NCBI GenBank assembly: GCA_031459385.1
Contig: JAVKIP010000024.1
Span: forward strand, 1-46,114
Length of the DNA stretch: 46,114 nt
Direction: 5' to 3'
Source: Candidatus Fervidifonticultor secundus
GTDB taxonomy: Bacteria > Sysuimicrobiota > Sysuimicrobiia > Sysuimicrobiales > Humicultoraceae
In this document: in pieces, positions 31,990 to 42,191 of the stretch
Layout of the letters: every line of letters begins with the position of its first letter
How positions within the stretch are numbered: position 1 is the stretch's first letter
The notes under the pieces: generated by a model
Seen by the model: the letters and a program-made list of their open reading frames with translations, nothing else
Told to the model about the DNA's origin: nothing
Database searches by the model: none
Program-made: the position numbers and the translations under genes

Positions 31990-33279
31990 ATGCCGGTCAC
32001 GGCAGTCGTGGGCGGGCACTGGGGCGACGAGGGCAAGGGAAAGGTCGCAGACGTGCTCGCCGCGGAGATGGATCTCGTCATCCGGTACAACGGCGGGTCG
32101 AACGCCGGGCACACGATCGTCAGCGACCGGGGGCAGTTCGCGCTGCACCTGGTGCCCTCGGGCGTGCTGCACCCGTGGGTGACGTGCCTGATCGGGCCCG
32201 GCGTCGTGGTCAACCCCGACTTCCTCATCGACGAACTCGACCAGCTCGAAGCGCGCGGCGTCTCCACGCACAACGTGCTGATCTCCAGCCGCGCGCACAT
32301 CGTCTTCCCCTTCCACATCGCCCTCGATGTGCTGGAGGAACAGCGCCGCGGGCCCCGTCCCCACGGGACCACCAAGCAAGGCATCTGGCCGGCGTACGCC
32401 GACAAGGTGGCGCGCGTGGGGGTGCGCATGGGCGACCTGCTGCACGAGGGGCACCTCGCCACGCAGGTCCGCTACCTCGTGGCGCGCACCAACCGCCTGC
32501 TGGGCGCCGACCACCCGCCGGTGGACGCCGACGAGGTGCTGGCCCGCTGCGGCCGGTGGCGGGCGCAGCTGGGCGCGCGCATCGTGGACAGCCACCCGCT
32601 CGTGCAGCGGGCGCTGGCAGCCGACCGCCGCATCCTGCTGGAAGGCCACCTGGGCGTGATGCGCGACCTCGACTGGGGCGTCTACCCTTACGTCACGTCC
32701 TCCACCTGCCTGCCGGGGGGCGCGGCGGCGGGCGCCGGCATCCCCGCCGCGCGCATCACGCGCGTGGTGGGCGTCGTGAAGGCGTACACGACCGCCGTCG
32801 GCGCAGGGCCCCTCCCCACCGAACTGCACGGTCCCGTCGCCGACCGCATCCGCGAGCGTGGTCACGAGTTCGGGACGACCACCGGCCGGCCGCGGCGCTG
32901 CGGCTGGTTCGACGCCGTGGCCGCGCGCTTCGCCGCGGAGGTGGCCGGCTTCACGGAGCTCGCCGTGATGAAGCTCGACGTGCTGGCCGGCCTGGACGCC
33001 GTGCAGATCTGCGTCGGCTACCGGTATCGGGGCGACCTGCTCGAGGGGATGCCCGACGTCCCGGTGCTGGCGGACGTCGAGCCGGTGTATGAGACGCTGC
33101 CCGGCTGGCGCCTGGAGGAGCGCGTGCGGACGCTGGAGGATCTGCCGGCCGCTGCGCGGAGCTTCCTCGATCGGATCGCCGTCCTGGTGGGTGTGCCGGT
33201 GACCATGGCCGGGCTGGGACGCGACCGCGAGGCTCTGGTGCGGGCGGCGCCGGTGGCGGGCGCGCGGGGGACTGGATAG
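31990..33279 (+). CDS. purA: Adenylosuccinate synthetase (divergent active-site loop)
   Basis: WGDEGKGK, GG.NAGHT, YPYVTSS, EFGTTTGRPRRCGWFD, MKLDVL. Confidence 0.92.
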   Translation: MPVTAVVGGHWGDEGKGKVADVLAAEMDLVIRYNGGSNAGHTIVSDRGQFALHLVPSGVLHPWVTCLIGPGVVVNPDFLIDELDQLEARGVSTHNVLISSRAHIVFPFHIALDVLEEQRRGPRPHGTTKQGIWPAYADKVARVGVRMGDLLHEGHLATQVRYLVARTNRLLGADHPPVDADEVLARCGRWRAQLGARIVDSHPLVQRALAADRRILLEGHLGVMRDLDWGVYPYVTSSTCLPGGAAAGAGIPAARITRVVGVVKAYTTAVGAGPLPTELHGPVADRIRERGHEFGTTTGRPRRCGWFDAVAARFAAEVAGFTELAVMKLDVLAGLDAVQICVGYRYRGDLLEGMPDVPVLADVEPVYETLPGWRLEERVRTLEDLPAAARSFLDRIAVLVGVPVTMAGLGRDREALVRAAPVAGARGTG

Positions 33280-33335
33280 GTGCGGGCCGCGAACCGCCCG
33301 CGACGCGCAACCGTCGGGTGGAGCGGGGCGGCGCC

Positions 33336-34658
33336 GTGATCGACCGTTACGCCACGCCGGAGATGCGCGCGCTGTGGGCGCCGGAGGCCAAGTTCGCGCT
33401 GTGGCTCGAGATCGAACTGCTGGTGGTCGAGGCGCAGGCCGCCCGGGGGGAGATTCCCCTCGAGGTCGCCCGGCGCCTGCGCCAGCGCGCACGCGTCGGC
33501 ACACCGCAGCGCATCGAGGAGATCGAGCGCACCGAAACCCACCACGACGTCGTGGCCTTCCTGCGCTCGGTCACCGAACTGACCGGGCCCGAGGCCCGCT
33601 ACCTGCACCGGGGTCTGGGATCCACCGACGTGGTGGACACGGCCCAGAACGTGCTGCTGGTGCGGGCGGCGGACCTGATCCTCGAGGCGGTGGAGGACCT
33701 GCGGCAGGTGACGGCCCGCCTCGCCGACCGACACCGGCACACCGTCATGGTGGGCCGCACGCACGGCATGCACGCCGAGCCCATCACCTTCGGGGTCAAG
33801 GTGGCCCTGTGGCACGTGGAGCTCGAGCGCGCGGCCCGGCGATTGCAGGCTGCGCGCGAGGCGCTGCGCGTCGGCAAGCTCTCCGGCGAGGTCGGGACGT
33901 TCGCGCACCTGCCGCCTGAGATCGAGGCCGAGGTGTGCGCGCGGCTGGGGCTCGCGCCCGATCCCGTGAGCAGTCAGGTCGTCAGCCGCGACCGGCACGC
34001 CGAGTACCTAGCCGCGCTGGCGGTGCTGGCCGGCACCGTCGAGAAGATCGCCACCGAGATCCGGTCGCTCCAGCGCACCGAGATCGGCGAACTGGAAGAG
34101 CCGTTCGCCGCCGGGCAGACCGGGTCGTCGGCGATGCCGCACAAGCGGAACCCGATCCTCTGCGAGCGCCTGGTAGGTCTGGCCCGCGCGGTGCGGGGGG
34201 CGGCCCAGGTGGCGTTCGAGAACCAGGCGCTGTGGGGCGAGCGGGACATCAGCCACTCGTCCGCCGAGCGACTCATCTTCCCCCAGGCGACGACCCTGGT
34301 GCACTACATGCTGCGGACCCTCCGGCACGTGCTGGACGGGCTGCGCGTGGACACCGCAGCCATGCGCCGCAACCTGGAGGCGACCGGGGGGCTCGTCTTC
34401 AGCCACCGCGTGCTCCTGGCGCTGGTCGACAAGGGCCTGGCGCGCGAGGAGGCCTACCGGATCGTGCAGGACGCCGCCATGGCCGCGCTGGACGGCCGCG
34501 GCCGGTTCCGCGACCTGCTGGCGGCCTCGGGTGCGCTCAGCGCCGCCGAGATCGACGCGTGCTTCGACCTGGTACCCTTCCTGCGCCATGTCGACGCCAT
34601 CCTAGCGCGCGCCGGCATTCCCCGGCCCCCCGCGCCCTCCGCGGGTAGCGCGCCGTGA
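33336..34658 (+). CDS. purB: Adenylosuccinate lyase
   Basis: IDRYA, HDVVAF, GRTHGMHAEP, GSSAMPHKRNP, ERDISHSSAER. Confidence 0.97.
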   Translation: MIDRYATPEMRALWAPEAKFALWLEIELLVVEAQAARGEIPLEVARRLRQRARVGTPQRIEEIERTETHHDVVAFLRSVTELTGPEARYLHRGLGSTDVVDTAQNVLLVRAADLILEAVEDLRQVTARLADRHRHTVMVGRTHGMHAEPITFGVKVALWHVELERAARRLQAAREALRVGKLSGEVGTFAHLPPEIEAEVCARLGLAPDPVSSQVVSRDRHAEYLAALAVLAGTVEKIATEIRSLQRTEIGELEEPFAAGQTGSSAMPHKRNPILCERLVGLARAVRGAAQVAFENQALWGERDISHSSAERLIFPQATTLVHYMLRTLRHVLDGLRVDTAAMRRNLEATGGLVFSHRVLLALVDKGLAREEAYRIVQDAAMAALDGRGRFRDLLAASGALSAAEIDACFDLVPFLRHVDAILARAGIPRPPAPSAGSAP

Positions 34659-35587
34659 CCGCGCGCCCGGCCCCCCGCGCCCTCGTCGAGACCTCCCTGC
34701 CGCTGTCGCTGTACGCGCGCGGCAAGGTGCGAGATCTGTACGACGCCGGCGACTGCCTCCTGATGGTAGCCACCGATCGGATCTCGGCGTTCGACCACGT
34801 CCTGCCGACGCCGGTGCCGGGCAAGGGACGCATCCTGACGCAGCTGTCGGCCTTCTGGTTCGAGGCCACGCGCGGGCTCGCGCCCAACCACTATGTGACC
34901 GCCGATCCCGCACGCATGCCCGCGCGGCTCGGTGCGATGGCGGCACCGCTCGACGGCCGGGCGATGCTGGTGCGCCGCGCGCGCCGGCTCGACGTCGAGT
35001 GCATCGTCCGCGGCTACCTGGCCGGGGCAGGCTGGCAGGAGTACCGGCAGACCGGCGCCATCTGCGGGGTGCGGCTGCCGGCAGGACTGCGCGAGGGCGA
35101 CCGCCTGGCCGCGCCGATCTTCACGCCCGCGGCCAAGGCCGCGGGGGGCCACGACCACAACATCACGTTCGACGAGGTCGTCGCCCTGCTGGGCGCGCCG
35201 CTCGCCGAGCAGCTGCGTGCCCGCAGCTTGGCGCTCTACGCTCATGGCCACGCGCACGCCGCGGCCTGCGGTCTGGTGCTGGCCGACACCAAGTTTGAGT
35301 TCGGCCTGCTGCCCGGCGAGGGCGCCACGTGGCCGGGGGGGGCGGGCGCCGGGCTGCTCGTGATCGACGAGCTGCTCACCCCGGACTCGTCGCGGTTCTG
35401 GGAGGCCGCTGACTACCGCCGCGGCACCCTGGTGGCGCTCGATAAGCAGTTCGTGCGCGACTATCTGCTGCGCAGCGGCTGGGACCGGCAGAGCCCGCCC
35501 CCACCGCTGCCGCTCGACGTCGTGGAGGCGACGCAGCAGCGCTACCGCGAGACCTACCGCCGCCTCACGGGGAGGGAGATCACCTAG
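34655..35587 (+). CDS. purC: SAICAR synthetase
   Basis: GKVRDLY, TDRISAFD, ECIVRGYL.G, ADTKFEFG, DELLTPDSSRFW, DKQFVRD. Confidence 0.97.
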   Translation: MTARPAPRALVETSLPLSLYARGKVRDLYDAGDCLLMVATDRISAFDHVLPTPVPGKGRILTQLSAFWFEATRGLAPNHYVTADPARMPARLGAMAAPLDGRAMLVRRARRLDVECIVRGYLAGAGWQEYRQTGAICGVRLPAGLREGDRLAAPIFTPAAKAAGGHDHNITFDEVVALLGAPLAEQLRARSLALYAHGHAHAAACGLVLADTKFEFGLLPGEGATWPGGAGAGLLVIDELLTPDSSRFWEAADYRRGTLVALDKQFVRDYLLRSGWDRQSPPPPLPLDVVEATQQRYRETYRRLTGREIT

Positions 35588-35907
35588 TGCCGACGTTCCG
35601 CATCGTCGTGATGCTCAAGCCCGGGGTCCTGGACGCGCCCGGGCAGGCCGTGGCGCGCGGTCTGGCTGCGCTCGACTTCCCCGCCGCGCAGGTGCGCATG
35701 GGGAAGGTGATCGAGCTGGACGTGGCCGACGACCAGGTGCACCGTCTCGACGAGATGTGCGCGCGGTTCCTCGCCAACCCGCTGATCGAGACGTGGGAGA
35801 TCGCGCGCCGCCCCGAGCCGTCGCCGGTGGCGGGCGGGGGACCAGACGGCGGGGCATCGGACGGCACATCGGCGGGTGCGGCGCGGGTCCGGGAGGCAGG
35901 CACGTGA
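35587..35907 (+). CDS. purS: FGAM synthase subunit PurS
   Basis: LKPGVLD..GQAV, VRMGK.IEL, MC..FLANPLIE. Confidence 0.93.
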   Translation: MPTFRIVVMLKPGVLDAPGQAVARGLAALDFPAAQVRMGKVIELDVADDQVHRLDEMCARFLANPLIETWEIARRPEPSPVAGGGPDGGASDGTSAGAARVREAGT

Positions 35908-36629
35908 CCTGGGGCGTGGTGATCTTCCCGGGCTCGAACAACGACCGTGACACGGTCCATGTGTTGCGGCGCGTGGTGGGCGTCGACGTCGTGGAGGTCT
36001 GGCATGAGGACCGCGACCTGGCGGGCATCGACGCGCTCGTCCTCCCCGGCGGGTTCGCCTACGGCGACTACCTGCGGGCCGGCGCCATCGCCGCCACAGC
36101 TCCCGTGATGGACGCCGTGCGCGCCCTGGCCGCGGCCGGCCGCCCGGTCCTGGGCATCTGCAATGGGTTCCAGATCCTGGCCGAGGCGCGGCTGCTCCCG
36201 GGCACGCTCATGCGCAACGCGGGCCTGCGCTTCCGGTGCCAGCCGGTTTGGGTGCGGGTCGAGTCCCGACAAACGCCCTTCACGGCGGCCATCCCTGTCG
36301 GCACGGTGCTGCAGATGCCCATCGCGCACGGCGAAGGCGGGTACTTGGCCGCGGCCGACGAACTCGCCGCCCTCGAAGCTGCCGGCCGGATCGTCTTCCG
36401 GTACTGCGACCCCGCCGGCCGGGTCACACCCGAGACCAACCCCAACGGCTCCGTGGCCGGCGTGGCCGGGGTGGCCAGCGCGGCCGGCAACGTCGTCGGG
36501 CTGATGCCACACCCCGAGCGCGCGTCCGAGGCGATCTTGGGCTCGACCGACGGCCTGCGGCTGTTCGCATCTGCCGTGGCGTGGCTGGCCGAGCGGGCGG
36601 CCCCGGGGCGACGGGAGGTACGCCGGTGA
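35904..36629 (+). CDS. purQ: FGAM synthase glutaminase subunit
   Basis: FPGSN, PGGFAYGDYLRAGA, GICNGFQ, AHGEG, NPNGS, MPHPER; GTGA overlap. Confidence 0.97.
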   Translation: MTWGVVIFPGSNNDRDTVHVLRRVVGVDVVEVWHEDRDLAGIDALVLPGGFAYGDYLRAGAIAATAPVMDAVRALAAAGRPVLGICNGFQILAEARLLPGTLMRNAGLRFRCQPVWVRVESRQTPFTAAIPVGTVLQMPIAHGEGGYLAAADELAALEAAGRIVFRYCDPAGRVTPETNPNGSVAGVAGVASAAGNVVGLMPHPERASEAILGSTDGLRLFASAVAWLAERAAPGRREVRR

Positions 36630-38860
36630 GCGTGATCGCGCCAAAGACCGCAGAGCGCGCCGGGCTCACGCCGCGCGACTACGCACTGGTCTGCGAGGCC
36701 CTGGGCCGCGCGCCCACCCCGGTGGAGGCGCGGATGTTCGGCGTCATGTGGTCGGAGCACTGCGGCTACAAGCACTCCAAGCGCGTCCTCCGTCGGCTGC
36801 CGGTCGCCTCGCCGCGGCTCGTGCGCGGGCCCGGCGAGAACGCCGGGGTCGTGGCCGTGGGCGACGGGTGGGCCGTGGCGTTCAAGATCGAGAGCCACAA
36901 CCATCCCAGCGCGGTCGACCCGTACAACGGCGCGGCCACCGGCGTGGGTGGCATCATCCGCGACGTCCTGGCGATGGGTGCCCGGCCGATCGCCCTGCTC
37001 GACGCGCTGCGATTCGGCCCGCTGCACGAGCCACGGCCGCGACGCCTGCTGGCTGGCGTGGTGGCCGGGATCGCGGGCTACGGCAACGCCATCGGCGTGC
37101 CGACCGTGGGTGGGGAACTCCTGGTCGATCCCTGCCACCGCGACAACCCGCTGGTGAACGTCGCGTGCCTGGGCCTCGTGCGCGCCGACCGCGTGGCGTC
37201 CGCGGCGGCCGCGGGCCCCGGCAACGCGGTCCTCTACGTCGGGGCGCGCACCGGCCGCGACGGCATCGGCGGGGCCGCCTTCGCGTCCGCGGAGCTCGAC
37301 GAGCGGCGCGAGCAGGCCGACCGCGCGTCGGTCCAGATCGGCGATCCCTTCACCGGCAAGCTCCTCATCGAGGCCACCCTGCAGGCGCTGGAGACCGGGG
37401 CCGTGGTAGCGATCCAGGACATGGGTGCGGCGGGCCTGACCTGCGCGGCCAGCGAGATGGCCGCTCGCGGCGGCGTGGGCATGGAGCTCGACCTCGACCG
37501 GGTGCCGCTGCGCGAGCCGCAGATGCGGCCCGACGAGATCCTGCTCAGCGAGTCGCAGGAGCGCATGCTGCTCGTCGTGCGCCGCGACGGCCTCGCGCGC
37601 GTGGCCGGCATCTACCGCCGCTGGGGGCTCGAGGCGGCCGTGATCGGGACCGTGGTCGCCGAGCCCCGGCTGCGCGTGACGGCTGGGGGGCAGGTCGTCG
37701 CCGACCTGCCGCCGCAGGTGCTGGCCAGCGCGCCTGCCTACGAGCCGGCGGAGCAGGTGCCCGGGGACCTCGAGGCTCGCTGGGCGATCCCTGCCCTGCC
37801 GGCGTTGGACGATCCCGGCGCCGTCCTGCTGGCTCTGCTGGCGCACCCGAACGTCGCCAGCAAGCGGCCGGTGTACGAACAGTACGACCACATGGTGGGG
37901 ATCCGTACCGTGGTGCCGCCGGGCGCCGACGCCGCGGTGCTGCGCCTGATGGAGGCGCCGCCGCTGGGCGTGGCCGTGGTGGCCGACGGCAACGCGCGGT
38001 GGTGCGGCCTCGACCCCCGTCGTGGGGCTGCCCTCATCGTGCTCGAGGCGGCCGCCAACCTGGCGTGCGTGGGCGCAGAGCCCCTGGGGGTCACCGACTG
38101 CCTCAACTTCGGCAGCCCTGAGCGCCCCGAGGTCTTCTGGACGTTCCGCGAGACGGTCGACGGGCTCGCGGACGCCTGCCGGGCACTCGGCGTCCCCGTG
38201 GTCGGGGGCAACGTGTCGTTCTACAACGAAGCAGAAAGGTCAGCGGGAGGAGGCGCGCGTCCGGGCGGCGCGATCCTGCCCACCCCGATCGTGGCCATGG
38301 CCGGACTGGTCGAGGACGTGGCCGCGGTCGGGCGGATGGGGTTCGTGCACCCCGGCGATCGCGTCCTGCTTATCGGTCCCGATACCGCCACGCTCGGCGG
38401 CAGCCTCTACGTCCGCCTGAGGACCGGCCGGGACTGCGGCCGTCCGGCTGCCCCGAACGTGGCGACGGTCGTGCCCGCCCTGGCGCTGGTGCGGGACGTC
38501 GTGCGCCGCGGCCTGCTGCGCTCGGCGCACGACTGCAGCGAGGGCGGGATCGGCGTCGCGCTGGCCGAGGCCTGCATCTCCGGGGGCATCGGCGCGACGG
38601 TCGACTTGCCGGTGCCGCCAGGCGACGAGGCCGACCGGCTGTGGTTCGGGGAGGGATCGGGCCGGTTCATCGTCTCCTGCGCCCCGGCGCAGCTTGCGGC
38701 GGTCGCGGCCGCCGCGGCCGCGGCCGGCGTGGCGTGCTCGGTGATCGGCGAGGTCGGGGGCGATACGCTGCGCGTGACGTGGAGCGCAGGCGGCCGCGCC
38801 CGCGCGGCGGTGTTGCCGCTGCGCGGCCTGGCTGCCGCCTGGACGAGCCTGGAGGTCTAG
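36626..38860 (+). CDS. purL: FGAM synthase synthetase subunit
   Basis: MWSEHCGYK, ESHNHPS, DMGAAGL, LSESQERM, DCLNFGSP, GGNVSFYN. Confidence 0.97.
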   Translation: MSVIAPKTAERAGLTPRDYALVCEALGRAPTPVEARMFGVMWSEHCGYKHSKRVLRRLPVASPRLVRGPGENAGVVAVGDGWAVAFKIESHNHPSAVDPYNGAATGVGGIIRDVLAMGARPIALLDALRFGPLHEPRPRRLLAGVVAGIAGYGNAIGVPTVGGELLVDPCHRDNPLVNVACLGLVRADRVASAAAAGPGNAVLYVGARTGRDGIGGAAFASAELDERREQADRASVQIGDPFTGKLLIEATLQALETGAVVAIQDMGAAGLTCAASEMAARGGVGMELDLDRVPLREPQMRPDEILLSESQERMLLVVRRDGLARVAGIYRRWGLEAAVIGTVVAEPRLRVTAGGQVVADLPPQVLASAPAYEPAEQVPGDLEARWAIPALPALDDPGAVLLALLAHPNVASKRPVYEQYDHMVGIRTVVPPGADAAVLRLMEAPPLGVAVVADGNARWCGLDPRRGAALIVLEAAANLACVGAEPLGVTDCLNFGSPERPEVFWTFRETVDGLADACRALGVPVVGGNVSFYNEAERSAGGGARPGGAILPTPIVAMAGLVEDVAAVGRMGFVHPGDRVLLIGPDTATLGGSLYVRLRTGRDCGRPAAPNVATVVPALALVRDVVRRGLLRSAHDCSEGGIGVALAEACISGGIGATVDLPVPPGDEADRLWFGEGSGRFIVSCAPAQLAAVAAAAAAAGVACSVIGEVGGDTLRVTWSAGGRARAAVLPLRGLAAAWTSLEV

Positions 38861-38862
38861 CG

Positions 38863-40383
38863 GTGGCCGGCGTGGGCAGCGCGCTGGGGAAAGACCCCGA
38901 GGAGGTCCGCGTGGATCGCGCCGGCGCACGGGCTGGACGCGCGCCCGCCGCCGCGAGCCCGTGGAAGGAGGAGTGCGGGGTCACGGGCGTGCTGTGCACC
39001 GATGGGAGTGCGGCCGCCCCGCTGGTGCACGTCGCCCTCTATGCCCTCCAGCACCGGGGACAGGAGAGCGCGGGTATCGCCGCGTTCGAGGGCGCGCAGG
39101 TGCGCCTGCACCGGGGCATGGGGCTCGTGGCGCAGGTCTTCGACGCGTCCCGCATCGAGGCGCTGCCCGGCGCGGTCGCCGTCGGCCACGTGCGCTATGC
39201 GACCATGGGGTCGGCGCGCCTGGAGAACGCGCAGCCCATCGTGGTCTCCTCGCCGTGGGGGCCGGTGGCCATCGCGCACAACGGGAACCTGATCAACGCC
39301 CCGCGGCTGCGCCGCGACCTGGAGGCGCAGGGCGTGGGGTTCGCGGGCACCACGGACAGCGAGATGATCGCACACCTGATCGCACGCGCGCCTGCTGCCA
39401 GCGCAGACGATGCGATGGCGTCCTGCATGGCCCGCCTGGAGGGCGCCTACACGGTGGTGGCGACGGCGGCGGGCCGGCTCTACGGCTTCCGCGACGCGTA
39501 CGCCATCCGCCCCCTGGTGGTCGGGCGCGGCCCCTGGGGCTGGGCGCTGGCCTCCGAGACCTGCGCCTTCGACCACATCGGCGCCGAGTGCATCGCCGAC
39601 GTGGGACCGGGAGAGCTGGTCGTCCTCGATCAGGATGGCCTGCGGGCGCGCCAGGTGCTGCCGGTGGCGGAGCGCGCCGCCTGCGTCTTCGAGTACATCT
39701 ACTTCGCGCGGCCGGACACCGTGCTCGCCGGGCGCAACGTGCACCAGGCACGGCGGCGCATGGGGCGCATCCTGGCACGCGAGCACCCGGCCGAGGCCGA
39801 CATCGTCATCCCGGTGCCCGACTCCGGGACCTCGGCGGCCATCGGGTTCGCCGAGGCCGCGGGACTGCCGTTCGAGGTCGGGCTGATCAAGAACCGCTAC
39901 ATCGGCCGGACCTTCATCCAGCCCGACCAGGCCTCCCGCGACTTCGGTGTGCGCCTGAAGCTCAACCCCAATGTGGAGGTGATCGCAGGCCGCCGGGTCG
40001 TGCTGGTGGACGACTCCATCGTCCGCGGCACGACCTCGGGCCGCATCGTGCGGCTGCTGCGGGCTGCGGGTGCCCGCGAGGTCCACGTGCGCATCTCATC
40101 GCCCCCGATCCGCTTCCCCTGTTTCTACGGCATCGACACCAGCAGCCGGGGCGAGCTCGTGGCCGCGCGCCACGCGGTGGAAGAGATCCGCCGCCTGATC
40201 GACGCGGACAGCCTGGGCTACTTGAGCCAGGCGGGCCTGGCCGAGGCCGTGGCCCTGCCCCGCGGCGAGCTGTGCATGGCCTGTCTCGACGGGCGCTACC
40301 CGACCCGGATCCCCACCGAGGAGGAGGCGGGCCGCCAAGCGCTCGACGCGTTCGTCCGGTCGCCCGTGTCGAGCCGGTTGTGA
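38863..40383 (+). CDS. purF: Amidophosphoribosyltransferase (propeptide, Fe-S type)
   Basis: KEE|CG, LQHRGQESAG, CVFEYIYFARPD, DDSIVRGTT, PCFYGID, CMAC; alternative start at GTG 38911. Confidence 0.96.
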   Translation: MAGVGSALGKDPEEVRVDRAGARAGRAPAAASPWKEECGVTGVLCTDGSAAAPLVHVALYALQHRGQESAGIAAFEGAQVRLHRGMGLVAQVFDASRIEALPGAVAVGHVRYATMGSARLENAQPIVVSSPWGPVAIAHNGNLINAPRLRRDLEAQGVGFAGTTDSEMIAHLIARAPAASADDAMASCMARLEGAYTVVATAAGRLYGFRDAYAIRPLVVGRGPWGWALASETCAFDHIGAECIADVGPGELVVLDQDGLRARQVLPVAERAACVFEYIYFARPDTVLAGRNVHQARRRMGRILAREHPAEADIVIPVPDSGTSAAIGFAEAAGLPFEVGLIKNRYIGRTFIQPDQASRDFGVRLKLNPNVEVIAGRRVVLVDDSIVRGTTSGRIVRLLRAAGAREVHVRISSPPIRFPCFYGIDTSSRGELVAARHAVEEIRRLIDADSLGYLSQAGLAEAVALPRGELCMACLDGRYPTRIPTEEEAGRQALDAFVRSPVSSRL

Positions 40384-40417
40384 TCGAGCCAGACCCGATG
40401 ACCGGCAACACGCCCGC

Positions 40418-41470
40418 ATGACAGAGCCGCCCGCCGATCGCGCTGGCCTGCCGCCCGGCCTCTCGTACCGCGACGCCGGGGTAGATGTCGAGGGGAAGGA
40501 ACGGCTGCTGGAGCGCCTGGCATCCAGCATCCGCGCGACGCACTCCCCCAGGGTAATCGCAGGCCTCGGGGCGTTCGCGGGGGCTCTGGCGCTCTCGGCG
40601 GCGGACGCGGGCGCGCTCGTGGCCACCACCGACGGCGTGGGCACCAAGACCCTCCTCGCCCGGCGCCTGCGGCACGACGCGGTCATCGGCGGGGACATCG
40701 TCGCCCACTGCGCGAACGACCTCGCCGCCCAGGGCGCGCGCGCCGTGGCCTTCCTCGACTACATCGCGATGGCGCGGCTCGACGCGCCCCTGGTGAGCAC
40801 GCTCGTCGCCGCTATGGCCGACGCCTGTCGCGCACTGGGGGTGGTGATGCTCGGCGGCGAGACCGCCGAGATGCCCGGCGTGTACACCGCCGACGCCTAC
40901 GACGTCGTGGGCACCATGATCGGGCTCGCACCGGCCGAAGGGGTCATCACCGGCGCCGGCATCCGGCCCGGCGACCGCGTGCTAGGCCTGGCCTCGACCG
41001 GCCTGCACACCAACGGCTACGCGCTCGCGCGCCGCGTGCTCGAGGCCGCGCCGGCCGGCCTGCACGCGGTGCTGGATGAGCGCGGCACGACTGTCGCGGA
41101 AGCGCTCCTGGCGCCGCACCGGTGCTACGCCCCCGCGGTCCTGGCACTCCTGGGCGAGGTGCGGGTCAAGGGGATCGCCCACATCACGGGCGGTGGTCTG
41201 GGCGGGAACCTCCGCCGCGTGCTCCCGGAGGGGTGTACCGCGCGCCTGCAGCGCACCTGGCCCGAACCGCCGGTGTTCGCATGGCTACGGCGCGCGGGGC
41301 GCATCCCGGAGGACGAGATGGTCGCCACGTTCAACCTGGGGATCGGCATGGCCCTCGTGCTGGCGCGCCACGACGTGCCCGCGGCGCTGGCGCACTTCGA
41401 GCGGTGCGCCCTCCCCGCTTATGAGATCGGCGAGATCGTCGCCGGTGCCCGGGGGGTCGAGCTCGCATGA
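40418..41470 (+). CDS. purM: AIR synthase
   Basis: Y.DAGVD, TDGVGTK, GGETAEMPG, GLHTNGY, HITGGG, TFNLGIG. Confidence 0.97.
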   Translation: MTEPPADRAGLPPGLSYRDAGVDVEGKERLLERLASSIRATHSPRVIAGLGAFAGALALSAADAGALVATTDGVGTKTLLARRLRHDAVIGGDIVAHCANDLAAQGARAVAFLDYIAMARLDAPLVSTLVAAMADACRALGVVMLGGETAEMPGVYTADAYDVVGTMIGLAPAEGVITGAGIRPGDRVLGLASTGLHTNGYALARRVLEAAPAGLHAVLDERGTTVAEALLAPHRCYAPAVLALLGEVRVKGIAHITGGGLGGNLRRVLPEGCTARLQRTWPEPPVFAWLRRAGRIPEDEMVATFNLGIGMALVLARHDVPAALAHFERCALPAYEIGEIVAGARGVELA

Positions 41471-42180
41471 TGCGCCTGGCCGTGTACGTCTCGGGGTCCG
41501 GCACGATCCTGCAGGCCCTGCTCGATGCATTCGGCCCCGGCCGCAGCCCGGCCGCGGAAGTCGCGCTGGTCGTCTCCAACAACCCCGACGCCTTCGCGCT
41601 CACACGGGCCCGCAGCGCGGGCGTGCCCGTCGCCGTGGTCGACCACCGCGGGCGCAGCCGCCACGCGTTCGAAGCCGATCTGGTCGCGGCAACCGACGCC
41701 CATCGGGTCAACCTCGTCTGCCTGGCCGGATTCCTCCGGATCCTCTCCCCCGCGTTCGTAGGCCACTACCCGGACCGCATCCTGAACACCCATCCCGCAC
41801 TCCTCCCCGCCTTCGGCGGTCGGGGCATGTACGGCGAGCGGGTGCACGAGGCGGTGCTGGCGGCCGGCGCGGCGGTGAGCGGGTGTACCATCCACCTGGT
41901 GGACGAGGTGCCCGACGGTGGGCCGATCGTCGCGCAGGCGACGGTGCCGGTGCTGCCCGGCGACACCCCGGCGACGCTGGCCGCGCGCGTGCAGGCCGAA
42001 GAGCGACGCCTCTACCCCGAGGTCGTGCGCTGGTGGGCGGAAGGACGCCTGGTGGTGCGGGACCGCGCCGTGCTGTGGCTCCCCAGGCCGGAGGCCGCAG
42101 CGGCGCCAAACGGACCCGCGCACGCGCGCGGCCCCACCCCGGCCCGCGCCAGGGAACCCGTCCCGCAGACGACACCATAG
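41467..42180 (+). CDS. purN: GAR formyltransferase
   Basis: SGSG, LAGFLRIL, LNTHPALLP.FGG, GCTIH.V...D.GPI. Confidence 0.96.
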   Translation: MMRLAVYVSGSGTILQALLDAFGPGRSPAAEVALVVSNNPDAFALTRARSAGVPVAVVDHRGRSRHAFEADLVAATDAHRVNLVCLAGFLRILSPAFVGHYPDRILNTHPALLPAFGGRGMYGERVHEAVLAAGAAVSGCTIHLVDEVPDGGPIVAQATVPVLPGDTPATLAARVQAEERRLYPEVVRWWAEGRLVVRDRAVLWLPRPEAAAAPNGPAHARGPTPARAREPVPQTTP

Positions 42181-42191
42181 GAGGGAACGAC

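Noticed and set aside
31990..33279. PurZ (diaminopurine pathway)
   Set aside because: The catalytic Asp in GDEGKG is retained, and the gene lies in a housekeeping pur operon with no phage context.
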